A DNA stretch of 64,000 bases from Nitrospiraceae bacterium (GTDB lineage Bacteria; Nitrospirota; Nitrospiria; Nitrospirales; Nitrospiraceae): NCBI GenBank assembly GCA_900299245.1, contig OMJA01000343.1, positions 5,317-69,316 of the forward strand, read 5' to 3'. The translations under genes and the position numbers were made by a program. Shown here in pieces: positions 40,641 to 49,703 of the stretch. The first letter of the stretch is position 1. Each line of letters opens with the position of its first letter. Under the pieces are notes generated by a model that searched no databases, was not told where the DNA came from, and worked only from the letters and a program-made list of their open reading frames with translations.

Positions 40641-41249
40641 TTAGGAGTTAAAGATCTGAACGAGGATACCGGTGCGGGTGGTTGCTGTCGTTTTTCGCAT
40701 AATATGTTTGATGTGCTCTTTGACCGTTTGCTCGGTAATGAGGAGAGCGTTCGCGATTTCTTTATTTGTCCACCCTTTGGCCAAATGCTCTACCACGGCT
40801 TGCTCACGATTAGTGAGCTGGAATTTTTCCCGGGCATGGTCTGTATTGAGGTTCTGTCTCCTCCCCAGTTCCTCCATGGTGACGACCAGACGTGCATGTT
40901 CGACTCCTCCCCTATCGGGAAGGCCAAAGCCTCGAAGGAGAACAGGCTGGTTGGGATCTCCGCTTATTCGCTTGAGCTCAAATTGTTCCCAGTCTTTTGC
41001 TTCAGTCCGAACATGGAGCGCCTTGATGATTTCCCCGCAGAGCTCTGTGAGGGCCGTCGGAAGGACTCCATGCGCAGATCGCGCGGCATTTCCTGTCTGT
41101 TCCGCCGCATTGATTTTCTTCGCCAACTCCGTTGCCTGACGATTCATGTGGAGCAATTGCATTGCGGCCGTCAATACCACTATCCCAGAACCGGCTCGTT
41201 GGTCAGCGAGGCCATCAGATTGATCGGTATGTTGCATCGGGTCTGTCAT
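40641..41249 (-). CDS. LuxR-family HTH regulator with PAS-like N-terminus
   Basis: LTNREQAVVEHLAKGWTNKEIANALLITEQTVKEHIKHIMRK. Confidence 0.88.
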   Translation of the reverse strand: MTDPMQHTDQSDGLADQRAGSGIVVLTAAMQLLHMNRQATELAKKINAAEQTGNAARSAHGVLPTALTELCGEIIKALHVRTEAKDWEQFELKRISGDPNQPVLLRGFGLPDRGGVEHARLVVTMEELGRRQNLNTDHAREKFQLTNREQAVVEHLAKGWTNKEIANALLITEQTVKEHIKHIMRKTTATTRTGILVQIFNS

Positions 41250-41601
41250 GAAATAGATAGAGGGTTAAGAATAGTTGAGCGAAACGGTAATGCTAGACAA
41301 TCAATTAAACTCTGATAGAGTGCATCCAAAGCCGCAGTACTAGAAAGAGTACCTAACCCTTTCGAGGGAGTCAACATATACGTTGGAGATAGCAGGCCTA
41401 CGTAGTCGGTATTGTCCGCATGATTCGCGCTGCCTATAGTGATTGAAGAAGTGGAACAGTCGTTCAGGGTGAGTTCGGTCTGGATTTGTCCACTCGTGAA
41501 CGAAGCAGTCGGGACTGCAGTCACTTCAAAAGTTATTCAGCAATAGGCGGGACTTACCAATGAGGAGGCGCGAGGTGGGACAGACACAATGGGAATGGCC
41601 G

Positions 41602-41922
41602 ATGACGGACTGTCAGGAGAATCACAGCGAGCGAGCGGCTTTGTTGCGGCCGATACAGTATGAGATGACTATGCCGGTAGAAGGTTCAGCTGCGCCGAGC
41701 CAAAGCGGGAGAGCGCTCTCACTGAACATCAGCAGGGGAGGAATGTTGGTATTGATGGACAGGCCGCCGGCTATCGATCAGGTAATGAAGATCTATGTGC
41801 CGACGCCGATAACCGCCGCAGAGACCCCGACGTTGGCGGAAGTGCGGTGGACTCGCAAATTGCCCTTTAGCCAAAACAGTAGCACGGCGCCGTACTTTGT
41901 CGGTCTGAAGTTCATGTTCTGA
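41602..41922 (+). CDS. PilZ-like domain protein
   Basis: NISRGG (D/NxSxxG), AEVRW, VGLKF. Confidence 0.75.
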   Translation: MTDCQENHSERAALLRPIQYEMTMPVEGSAAPSQSGRALSLNISRGGMLVLMDRPPAIDQVMKIYVPTPITAAETPTLAEVRWTRKLPFSQNSSTAPYFVGLKFMF

Positions 41923-42001
41923 ATCTTGAGCGAGTGAGTTTTGTGGGACGGGCATTTCTCACCTGCGGGAAGGTTCGAGGGAGTCAGTTTTCCTTACGAG
42001 G

Positions 42002-42664
42002 ATGAACAAAATGATTATGATGATGCGATTTATTTTGTTTGTTGGAGTTGTAATGAACGTGATTGCGTCTGTGGCATTGGCGGAATCAAAACCAGCTACA
42101 GTTAACTCACTCCATGAGTCGGCGGGTGAAAAGTCATCACTTATCGTGACGACAGACTATATTCTTGGCCCTGAAGACGTGTTGGAAATTACGGTATGGC
42201 GGAATATTGATCTTTCAAAAACAGTAACGGTTCGCCCCGACGGAAAGATCTCCCTTCCGCTCATTGGTGATGTGTCGGCTGTTGGGAAAACGACGGTACA
42301 ATTAGCCGACGAGATTTCCGGAAAGCTGAAAGAATATAAGGAAAATCCGCAGGTAACCATTCTGGTGAAAGAGGTGAATAGTTACGCGATTTATGTGTTA
42401 GGTGAAGTCGCGCATCCGGGCAAGTTTCCTCTTAAAAGTAAGACCACGTTACTGCAGGCCGTAACAGTTGCAGGGGGGTTTACCGCAACAGCTGCCAGAA
42501 ACAAGATCGTCGTATTCCGCTTTGCAAAGGATGGCACCAGCCAAATTAAGATCAAGGCAAGTTATGATGACATCGTTTTAAGGGAAGGTTCGAACCAAAA
42601 TATTGAACTGAAGCCGGGCGACCAAATTGTCGTTCCTTCAGAAACGATGGTCTTAGTCCCATGA
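42002..42664 (+). CDS. Polysaccharide export protein (Wza/OPX family), copy 1
   Basis: YILGPEDVL, VRPDGKISLPLIG and SLBB domain. Confidence 0.92.
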   Translation: MNKMIMMMRFILFVGVVMNVIASVALAESKPATVNSLHESAGEKSSLIVTTDYILGPEDVLEITVWRNIDLSKTVTVRPDGKISLPLIGDVSAVGKTTVQLADEISGKLKEYKENPQVTILVKEVNSYAIYVLGEVAHPGKFPLKSKTTLLQAVTVAGGFTATAARNKIVVFRFAKDGTSQIKIKASYDDIVLREGSNQNIELKPGDQIVVPSETMVLVP

Positions 42665-43317
42665 AGGGGCAGAGGAGAGTCGAAATGTCTTCTGGTGTGT
42701 ATAGGGGGAGGGTCAATTCGTTAGTGGTAAGTTTGATGGTTGGTGTCGTGGTAGTGCTCCTGTCTGCGTGTGCAGAGATTCCTCGTGAGGCGTTGGAGGA
42801 AGTGAATCGGCCTCTTGCTAAGGAGTTTTTTCTTGGCCCTGAAGATGTTGTGGAAGTGACTGTGTGGAGAAATCAGGATTTATCCAGAACGGTGGTCGTC
42901 CGACCGGATGGCATGATTTCTTTGCCGCTGATTGGAGATGTGCAAGCCAGTGGCTTGACCGCAGCGCAGGTGAGTGAGCGGATCTCAAAGCGATTGTCTG
43001 AGTTTAAGGAAAATCCATCAGTCTCTGTAAGTGTCAAAGAGATCAATAGCTATTTTATATATGTTGTTGGAGAGGTTGTCCGTCCTGGAAAGTACCCTCT
43101 GAAGTCTTATGCCACCGTGCTTCAGGCAATATCGCTTGCGGGGGGGTTTACGCAGTACGCTTCGAAAAACAAGATGGCGGTTATTAGATCTGCTAAGAAT
43201 AGCACAGGTGATGATCGTCAAGTGCGGATCCCTGTTCGCTATGATGATTTAGTGATGGGTAAGGGGGAGGTAGGGAACTTCCGGCTTTTGACGGGGGACA
43301 CCATTGTTGTGCCGTAG
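42661..43317 (+). CDS. Polysaccharide export lipoprotein (Wza/OPX family), copy 2
   Basis: Lipobox LSA-C; LGPEDVV and VRPDGMISLPLIG. Confidence 0.92.
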   Translation: MKGQRRVEMSSGVYRGRVNSLVVSLMVGVVVVLLSACAEIPREALEEVNRPLAKEFFLGPEDVVEVTVWRNQDLSRTVVVRPDGMISLPLIGDVQASGLTAAQVSERISKRLSEFKENPSVSVSVKEINSYFIYVVGEVVRPGKYPLKSYATVLQAISLAGGFTQYASKNKMAVIRSAKNSTGDDRQVRIPVRYDDLVMGKGEVGNFRLLTGDTIVVP

Positions 43318-43348
43318 CTCCTGTGCATGTGCAGTGCCCCAGGCGCAT

Positions 43349-44656
43349 ATGTTGTTGCTGCTCTTGGTCCTGGTTTTTAACCTGACGTGTCCGAATGGAA
43401 CGATGGCACAAACTACAAACCAGACAAGTAATGGACCATCGGGACCAGCGCCGAGTGGAGCTGGCCAGACGGCAGGGCAGTCAGGTGATGGAGGGGTAGC
43501 ACCGCCTCTACGGGGTTCTTCCGGCGGTTCTTTCACCAATATTGCACCCTACATGAGTGTGTCTGAACGGTATGACAGTAATATTCTCTTCACGCCGAAT
43601 AAGATGTCGGACTATGTGACGAACATCCGTGCTGGCGCTCGAACGCAGTATCGCAACGATGTCGTTGATGGAACCTTAACGGGCGGTCTGATCGGGGAAG
43701 TATATGCACGTAATCCTGGTTTGAACTATGTAGGGACAGATGCAAACATCAATGCTAACTTGGATAATGCGGTGGGGTGGATGATCCGTGGTCTTGGGCT
43801 CACGGTGATGGATTCATTTATGTATACCCCTCAGCCTCCGGCTTTCATTACACCGGAGGTCCCGCCCAGCAGTTTTATTCGAGGGATTCAGATAGCTCGA
43901 AACAACACCCTCATGAATAATGCCAATGTCATGAGTACGTATGCGATGTCTCCTTTGGCGCAGTTTAACGTGTCCTATTCTCATCAGATGATGAAGTTTC
44001 TTGATCAAATTGAGCGGGCGGGTGCTCTGTTTGATACGACGGTTCAATCTCTTACCGCGGGTCCTGAGTATCATCTTGCCCCTACTCAGTCCATAGGGGC
44101 CTCCTATCAGTATCAATATATGTTATTCGAGCCGAGTGGTGGCGGAGGCGGGGGGGGATCAAGTGCGGTTATTCACGGTGCGGGGGTAATCTGGAAGGGG
44201 GCCTTCTCTCGCGAGTTGACGGCAGAGGTTTCTCCGGGCATCGCGGTTGTCACCAATAATCCGGGGGACCTCCAATGGACAGCACGTGCTCTTTTGCAAT
44301 GGAGCGATGGACGAACAACGGCTGGGTTGTCATATACCAGAGGGCTGTTCCCTTCCTATTTTATAAATGCTTCAGCGTTGATTAGCGATAATGTATCTGT
44401 GTCTTTGTCGAAAAGACTCAATAGTCAGTGGAACATAAGCGCGCAGTTCGATTATGCGAATAACCGTTCGCTGCCTCCGGCTGACCTTCGTTTCGAGTCG
44501 TTCGGGCAAACGGTAGTGGTAAATTACGATTTGTTTCAGGGATTGGTTGTGAGCGCGAGTCTGAGCTACAACTATTTTGTTTACGGCACGGGAGGGGCAG
44601 AGGTCTCAGTCTCACGTGAAACAGCTATGCTGTCGTTAAGAAAGCAATGGAACTAA
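43349..44656 (+). CDS. EPS-associated outer-membrane beta-barrel protein
   Basis: Signal peptide; ERYDSNI; alternating strands; near-terminal Trp; lies between OPX and Wzc genes. Confidence 0.7.
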   Translation: MLLLLLVLVFNLTCPNGTMAQTTNQTSNGPSGPAPSGAGQTAGQSGDGGVAPPLRGSSGGSFTNIAPYMSVSERYDSNILFTPNKMSDYVTNIRAGARTQYRNDVVDGTLTGGLIGEVYARNPGLNYVGTDANINANLDNAVGWMIRGLGLTVMDSFMYTPQPPAFITPEVPPSSFIRGIQIARNNTLMNNANVMSTYAMSPLAQFNVSYSHQMMKFLDQIERAGALFDTTVQSLTAGPEYHLAPTQSIGASYQYQYMLFEPSGGGGGGGSSAVIHGAGVIWKGAFSRELTAEVSPGIAVVTNNPGDLQWTARALLQWSDGRTTAGLSYTRGLFPSYFINASALISDNVSVSLSKRLNSQWNISAQFDYANNRSLPPADLRFESFGQTVVVNYDLFQGLVVSASLSYNYFVYGTGGAEVSVSRETAMLSLRKQWN

Positions 44657-46941
44657 AAATGAATTCCTTGGAATTTAGATTTGAGGACTACATCAATATT
44701 GTCCAGCGGAGGAAATGGCTGATTCTTTCAGTCATTCTGGGGACGATGGTCATTGCCACTGTCTTGTGCTTTGTCCTTCCTGAAAGCTTCCGCTCGACCA
44801 CGACGGTTCTGGTCGAGGGTCAGAAGATTCCTGAGAGTTATGTCAAGTCCGTTGTGGAGGGGACAATTGAGGGCCGACTAAGCTCAATTCAGCAAGTGGT
44901 GATGAGTCGATCGTTATTGAGCCAGATTGCTGAGGAGTTTAAGTTGTACCGTTCTGATATGTCTCCAGAGGACCGGGAAAGTGTACTAAGCAGCATGCGG
45001 AAGAGTATTAAAGTGACTACGGCCGAAACCGGGCACGCCAAGGGGAGAAACACGATCGAAGCCTTCTCTATTTCTTTTGCACATAAAGATCCAGCAATTG
45101 CTATGAGGATAACGGAAAGATTTGCCTCACAGTTCATTGAGCAAAATCTCAGAATCCGAGAACAAATAGTCGAGGGTGCTTCCGATTTTCTCGAGCAGGA
45201 ATTGCGCATGGCAAAGGAAAGGCTCGAGGAGCAGGAACGATCGATCAGCAGCTTTAAAAGCCAGTATATGGGAGAATTGCCACAGCAGATGGAGGCTAAT
45301 CTTCGAAGTTTAGACCGCCTCCAGATGGATCTGAATGCAACTCGTGAGAATATGCAAACGGCGACTAATCGAGTCGCTCTTCTCGAAAAAGAAGTCAATG
45401 AAGCCGCAAGTAGCACGACAACGCAAATGACAAACGGCTCCGCATCTGGCAATCAGAGTCGTGGTGGAGATCCGTTGATCACAAGGCTCGCGGATCTCGA
45501 GCGCACTTTGACTACGCTCTCGGCCGAGTATCGTGAGACCTATCCGGACATTGTTCAGACACGCCAGGAGATTGAGGCTGTTAAGAGCCAATTGGCCATT
45601 AAGTATGGTGTTACGAAAGATGATGTGACGCCGGGATCGTCCAAGCTGATTGATCCGATGCTACGGGATCTAATGCGGCAGCGGGATGAAGCGAAGAACG
45701 AAGTGGGCCTATTAAAGGAGCGTCTTCGTCGCTTGGGGGAACAGGTTAAGGCCTACGAAGGGAGGGTAGAGCGAACCCCCGCCCGAGAGCAGGATCTCAT
45801 GATTCTCATTCGCGATTCGGACAATATGCAGAAGAACTATCAATCTCTCCTCGAGAAAAAATTGAATGCGCGCGTCGCGGAAAGCCTGGAAAAGAGGCAA
45901 AAAGGCGAACAGTTTCGTATTCTTGATCCCGCTAACCTTCCAGTTACACCAGAGTCACCCAATCGTCCACTTATTCTTGTAGGCGGGCTGGTTGTAGGCT
46001 GTGGCCTTGGATTCGGCTCGGCATTTGGGTTGGAAATGCTACGGCCTGCATTCCGCCGATCAGAGGACGCGGAAATCGTTCTGGGTTTGCCAGTGCTGGC
46101 ATCAATCCCTGCTTTTTCTTCGGTGTTTAGCGGGAGCGAAAGCATGCGTCGAGCCGCATTTGGGAGTAGAGAGCAGAGAAAGTTGTTGCCTGGTTCGCAA
46201 TCCGATTCCCTATCTGGTCAGCTCGTTGAGAGAGGGGCCGAATTCGAAAGTGCGTCATGGAATCTGGTTTCGAAGTGGTCTCCACGGTCGATGGTTGCTG
46301 AACAATTTAGAGTTGCCGCAACGCGCTTGAGCCTGATGACATCTGAACAAAGAAATACGGTAGTGCTGGTGACGAGTGCTCTTGTCGGCGAAGGGAAAAC
46401 GTCAACGGCTGTCAATCTAAGCTATATTCTTGCTCAGGAGCTGGACAAAAAGACATTGTTAATCGACTGTGATCTCAAGCGTCCCATGGTTCATTCCTAT
46501 ACGAATATTCCTGCGACTCCTGGACTTGTAGACTATCTGGTGGGGGAGCAGCCGCTGGAGGCCTGCATCAAGAAGATGGAGGATGTTCCTCTATGGGTAC
46601 TTCCGACAGGTACGTCAGGACGAGGAGTGTTGGAGTTGTCGAAAATCAGGCAGTTATCAAGAGTCATTCAAGACTTGCGCCCGCGGTTTGATTATATTCT
46701 GATCGATGCACCACCAATCCTCCCATTAGCGGATCTCAATGTCTTGTCGAGCATGGCCGACCTGATGATACTGGTCATACGAGCGGGCAGGACTGGGCGC
46801 GATGTTGTTGATAAGGCGTATAGATCACTAAGGTCTAGTTGTCCTGCAGGAATAGTGCTGACAGGAGTCGACTCGGTCAGTACGCCGTACTATATGTATC
46901 AATATGGCACTCAGGGGACTGGAACGAGCAGGCATGCCTAG
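44647..46941 (+). CDS. Wzc-like polysaccharide co-polymerase fused to BY-kinase
   Basis: Two TMs flanking a coiled coil; Walker A SALVGEGKT; IDAPP; C-terminal PYYMYQY. Confidence 0.92.
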   Translation: MELKMNSLEFRFEDYINIVQRRKWLILSVILGTMVIATVLCFVLPESFRSTTTVLVEGQKIPESYVKSVVEGTIEGRLSSIQQVVMSRSLLSQIAEEFKLYRSDMSPEDRESVLSSMRKSIKVTTAETGHAKGRNTIEAFSISFAHKDPAIAMRITERFASQFIEQNLRIREQIVEGASDFLEQELRMAKERLEEQERSISSFKSQYMGELPQQMEANLRSLDRLQMDLNATRENMQTATNRVALLEKEVNEAASSTTTQMTNGSASGNQSRGGDPLITRLADLERTLTTLSAEYRETYPDIVQTRQEIEAVKSQLAIKYGVTKDDVTPGSSKLIDPMLRDLMRQRDEAKNEVGLLKERLRRLGEQVKAYEGRVERTPAREQDLMILIRDSDNMQKNYQSLLEKKLNARVAESLEKRQKGEQFRILDPANLPVTPESPNRPLILVGGLVVGCGLGFGSAFGLEMLRPAFRRSEDAEIVLGLPVLASIPAFSSVFSGSESMRRAAFGSREQRKLLPGSQSDSLSGQLVERGAEFESASWNLVSKWSPRSMVAEQFRVAATRLSLMTSEQRNTVVLVTSALVGEGKTSTAVNLSYILAQELDKKTLLIDCDLKRPMVHSYTNIPATPGLVDYLVGEQPLEACIKKMEDVPLWVLPTGTSGRGVLELSKIRQLSRVIQDLRPRFDYILIDAPPILPLADLNVLSSMADLMILVIRAGRTGRDVVDKAYRSLRSSCPAGIVLTGVDSVSTPYYMYQYGTQGTGTSRHA

Positions 46942-47965
46942 TATGATGCAGCAGCAAACAGAATTGACCACGCTTTCGATATCTTCGGATAAGCCCGCAT
47001 TTTTGAAGGGGTTGAAGAAGAGAGTCTTAATTGTGGGAATAGGTTTGCTTGCCATGGAATTAAGCAAAACGCTCGTCTCAAACAGAAGAACTGTCGAAGT
47101 GGTGGGGTTTCTTGACAGGGGATTGAATGGGAACCCAAGAGTGTTGGGTACCTATGATAATTTGCGGGAAATTGTCGAGCGATACCAGGTGGGTATGATC
47201 GCCGTCTGTGTCGAGGATAGACGGGAAGTGCTTCCGGTTCAGGCGCTACTTGACTGCAAGACTGTTGGCATAGAGGTGATCGATGGGCATCAGATGTATG
47301 AGGATGAACTCGGACGTTTGTCAATCGATCAACTCAGACCGAGTGCGCTGATCTTTTCAACCGGCTTCAAACGGCGTGCACTCACGACGGCTCTGAAACG
47401 AGGCATTGATATAGTGATTGCTCTGGTGGGAATGGTGATTCTTTTCCCGCTCTGCGCTCTGATCGCGCTCCTGATCAAAGTGGATTCACCTGGTGCGGTG
47501 TTCTACCGGCAGATGCGAGTCGGATTGCGCGGACAACCGTTCATGATCTGGAAATTCCGATCCATGTATCAGGATGCTGAGAAGAGCGGTCCCCGATGGG
47601 CTGAAAATCATGATCCCCGGGTGTCGCGTGTAGGTCGTGTGCTCAGAAAGTTGCGGCTGGATGAAGTGCCACAGCTCTATAACGTATTGAGGGGTGAGAT
47701 GAGTCTTGTGGGGCCTCGTCCGGAAAGACCGGTCTTTGTAGAAGAGCTCAGGAAAACTATTCCATATTACGATATCCGGCATACTGTCCGGCCCGGGGTG
47801 ACCGGTTGGGCCCAGACGAAATTCCGGTATGGCTCATCGGCTGAGGACTCCCACACTAAACTGCAATATGACTTGTACTATGTGAAGAACGTGACCTTCG
47901 GGTTAGATGTGCGGATCCTTATTGAGACTGCCAGAGTGGTTCTTCTAGGCGAGGGAGCCCGCTAG
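46934..47965 (+). CDS. Priming polyprenyl-phosphate sugar transferase
   Basis: KRGIDI, KFRSM, RLDEVPQL, GEMSLVGPRPER and PGVTGWAQ. Confidence 0.93.
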   Translation: MPSMMQQQTELTTLSISSDKPAFLKGLKKRVLIVGIGLLAMELSKTLVSNRRTVEVVGFLDRGLNGNPRVLGTYDNLREIVERYQVGMIAVCVEDRREVLPVQALLDCKTVGIEVIDGHQMYEDELGRLSIDQLRPSALIFSTGFKRRALTTALKRGIDIVIALVGMVILFPLCALIALLIKVDSPGAVFYRQMRVGLRGQPFMIWKFRSMYQDAEKSGPRWAENHDPRVSRVGRVLRKLRLDEVPQLYNVLRGEMSLVGPRPERPVFVEELRKTIPYYDIRHTVRPGVTGWAQTKFRYGSSAEDSHTKLQYDLYYVKNVTFGLDVRILIETARVVLLGEGAR

Positions 47966-47970
47966 GGACG

Positions 47971-48903
47971 ATGAATCCGCATCCAGCCAGAATTCATGCC
48001 TTGTCGTTTGACGTAGAAGAGCATTTTCAGGTGGCTGCTTTCTGGTCGGAGGACCGGCGACGGGGCTGGGATCAGTACGAGAGCCGGGTTGAGCGGAATG
48101 TCGACAAGATTCTCTCCCTTCTTTCACGTCAGGGGATTCATGCTACATTCTTCGTGTTAGGCTGGGTTGCGTTCAAGCATCCAAAGCTGGTGGAGGCTAT
48201 TGCCGGAGCCGGTCATGAGATTGCATCTCACGGATTCGGTCATGAAATGATCACGTCCCAACAGCCGGGTCAGTTTCGTGAAGATGTTAGAAAAAGTAAA
48301 CAGATTCTCGAGAGTATCATCGGGAAACCTATCCACGGATATCGCGCTCCGTCATTCACCATTACACCGCGAACTCAATGGGCTCTTCCAATCCTGGTCG
48401 AAGAAGGCTATCTCTACGATTCAAGTATTTTCCCTGTTCAGCACGATCGCTATGGTATGCCGGGAGCCAATCCTTGGTGTCATCAGATTGAGACCGCAAG
48501 TGGTCCTCTTTGGGAGGTACCGCCCTCTACGATACAGATGGGGCCTGTTCGGCTTCCAATTGCAGGGGGAGGGTATTTCCGATTGTATCCCTACCCGATA
48601 TTGCGGGGACTGCTCAATCGCGCTGCGGCTCAGGGACATCCGCTTGTCATGTATTTGCATCCCTGGGAACTTGATCCTGATCAGCCACGGATGGAGGGGT
48701 CCCTGGTATCCCGTTTCCGCCATTATCTGAATCTGGGCAAAACGGAAGCTCGCTTACATCAACTGGTGAAGGATTTTAGGTTTGCTCCGCTTCGACAGGC
48801 GGTCGAGGCAGTTGGAAAAGCTTGCGCTTCGAAGGAAGCGCTGCAAGTTGATCTGTCCAGTGGAATGAGGCGCTGCCTTGTGTCGGAGAGTCGGAATGGC
48901 TGA
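47971..48903 (+). CDS. Polysaccharide deacetylase of the exosortase A locus type
   Basis: SFDVEE, ATFFVLGW, HEIASHG, YRAPSF and YLHPWELDP. Confidence 0.9.
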   Translation: MNPHPARIHALSFDVEEHFQVAAFWSEDRRRGWDQYESRVERNVDKILSLLSRQGIHATFFVLGWVAFKHPKLVEAIAGAGHEIASHGFGHEMITSQQPGQFREDVRKSKQILESIIGKPIHGYRAPSFTITPRTQWALPILVEEGYLYDSSIFPVQHDRYGMPGANPWCHQIETASGPLWEVPPSTIQMGPVRLPIAGGGYFRLYPYPILRGLLNRAAAQGHPLVMYLHPWELDPDQPRMEGSLVSRFRHYLNLGKTEARLHQLVKDFRFAPLRQAVEAVGKACASKEALQVDLSSGMRRCLVSESRNG

Positions 48904-49401
48904 ACTGCCGGCAATGGAATGGTATGTGGTGCGGACGAAACCGCATCAAGAATACTCGGTTGAGTCAGGTCTTACTCGAGTTGGTATTGAGATCCTTTGC
49001 CCGAGAATTACAGAGCGGAGACTTATCAGAAGAAAAATGCAGCCGGTCATAAGTCCTCTTTTTCCGGGCTATGTATTTGCCAGATTCAGTTCCTCTCGTT
49101 CGCGAATGGTCATGTATGCGAATGGCGTTCGCAATCTGGTCTCTTCGGGTCTGCCCCTGCCGTAGTCAGTCCTGAAGTCATTGACGGAATCCGAGATCGA
49201 CTTCAGAGGGGGGTGGTTACGCTGAATACACCTCATTTTTCACCCGGAGATGTGGTGTCAATCCAGGACGGCCCTCTTTGCGGCTTGGAAGCGGTATTTG
49301 AGCGGGAGATGATCGGACAGCAGCGGGCAATGCTGCTACTGAAAATGCTGGCCTGCCAGGTGCGAGTCGTTCTAGATTTGAAATCAATTGTCAATTCGTG
49401 A
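48896..49401 (+). pseudogene. rfaH: RfaH/NusG-paralog antiterminator, frameshifted near 49142-49146
   Basis: NGN part (WYVVRTKP...PLFPGYVF) and KOW part (FSPGDVVSIQDGPLCGLEAVF) lie in different frames; one extra base restores LVSFGSAPAVV. Confidence 0.8.
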
Positions 49402-49589
49402 TTTTCGGATAAGATCAACATCATAGGCGCAAGGGCGAGTTCCGTAGATAGTATATCTGCGGAATATGTGCATGAGATCCTGAGTCCTGTGTGGTGCAAA
49501 TGGCTACTTCTCTTAGCGGGTTCTCTGGAGAAGTGCCATGCAGGCAGGATGGTGCGGCTAAATGAATGATCTGGTCCATGCACCGGGAC

Positions 49590-49601
49590 GGCGGTAGCTT
49601 A
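49590..49601 (+). promoter_or_regulatory. ops-like element
   Basis: GGCGGTAGCTTA versus ops consensus GGCGGTAGnnTG, in the intergenic region before asnB. Confidence 0.65.
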
Positions 49602-49703
49602 TCCGATTCCCTCCTTTCTGCTGTATTGCCGGTTTCCTGTTGAATATTCAGTGACCTTATAGACTTGTGTGTGTCGTCGTCCTGATAAACGCTGGTTAAC
49701 AGT

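Noticed and set aside
49135-49165. Programmed ribosomal frameshift in rfaH
   Set aside because: No X-XXY-YYZ slippery site or clear stimulator; a deletion or sequencing error is simpler.
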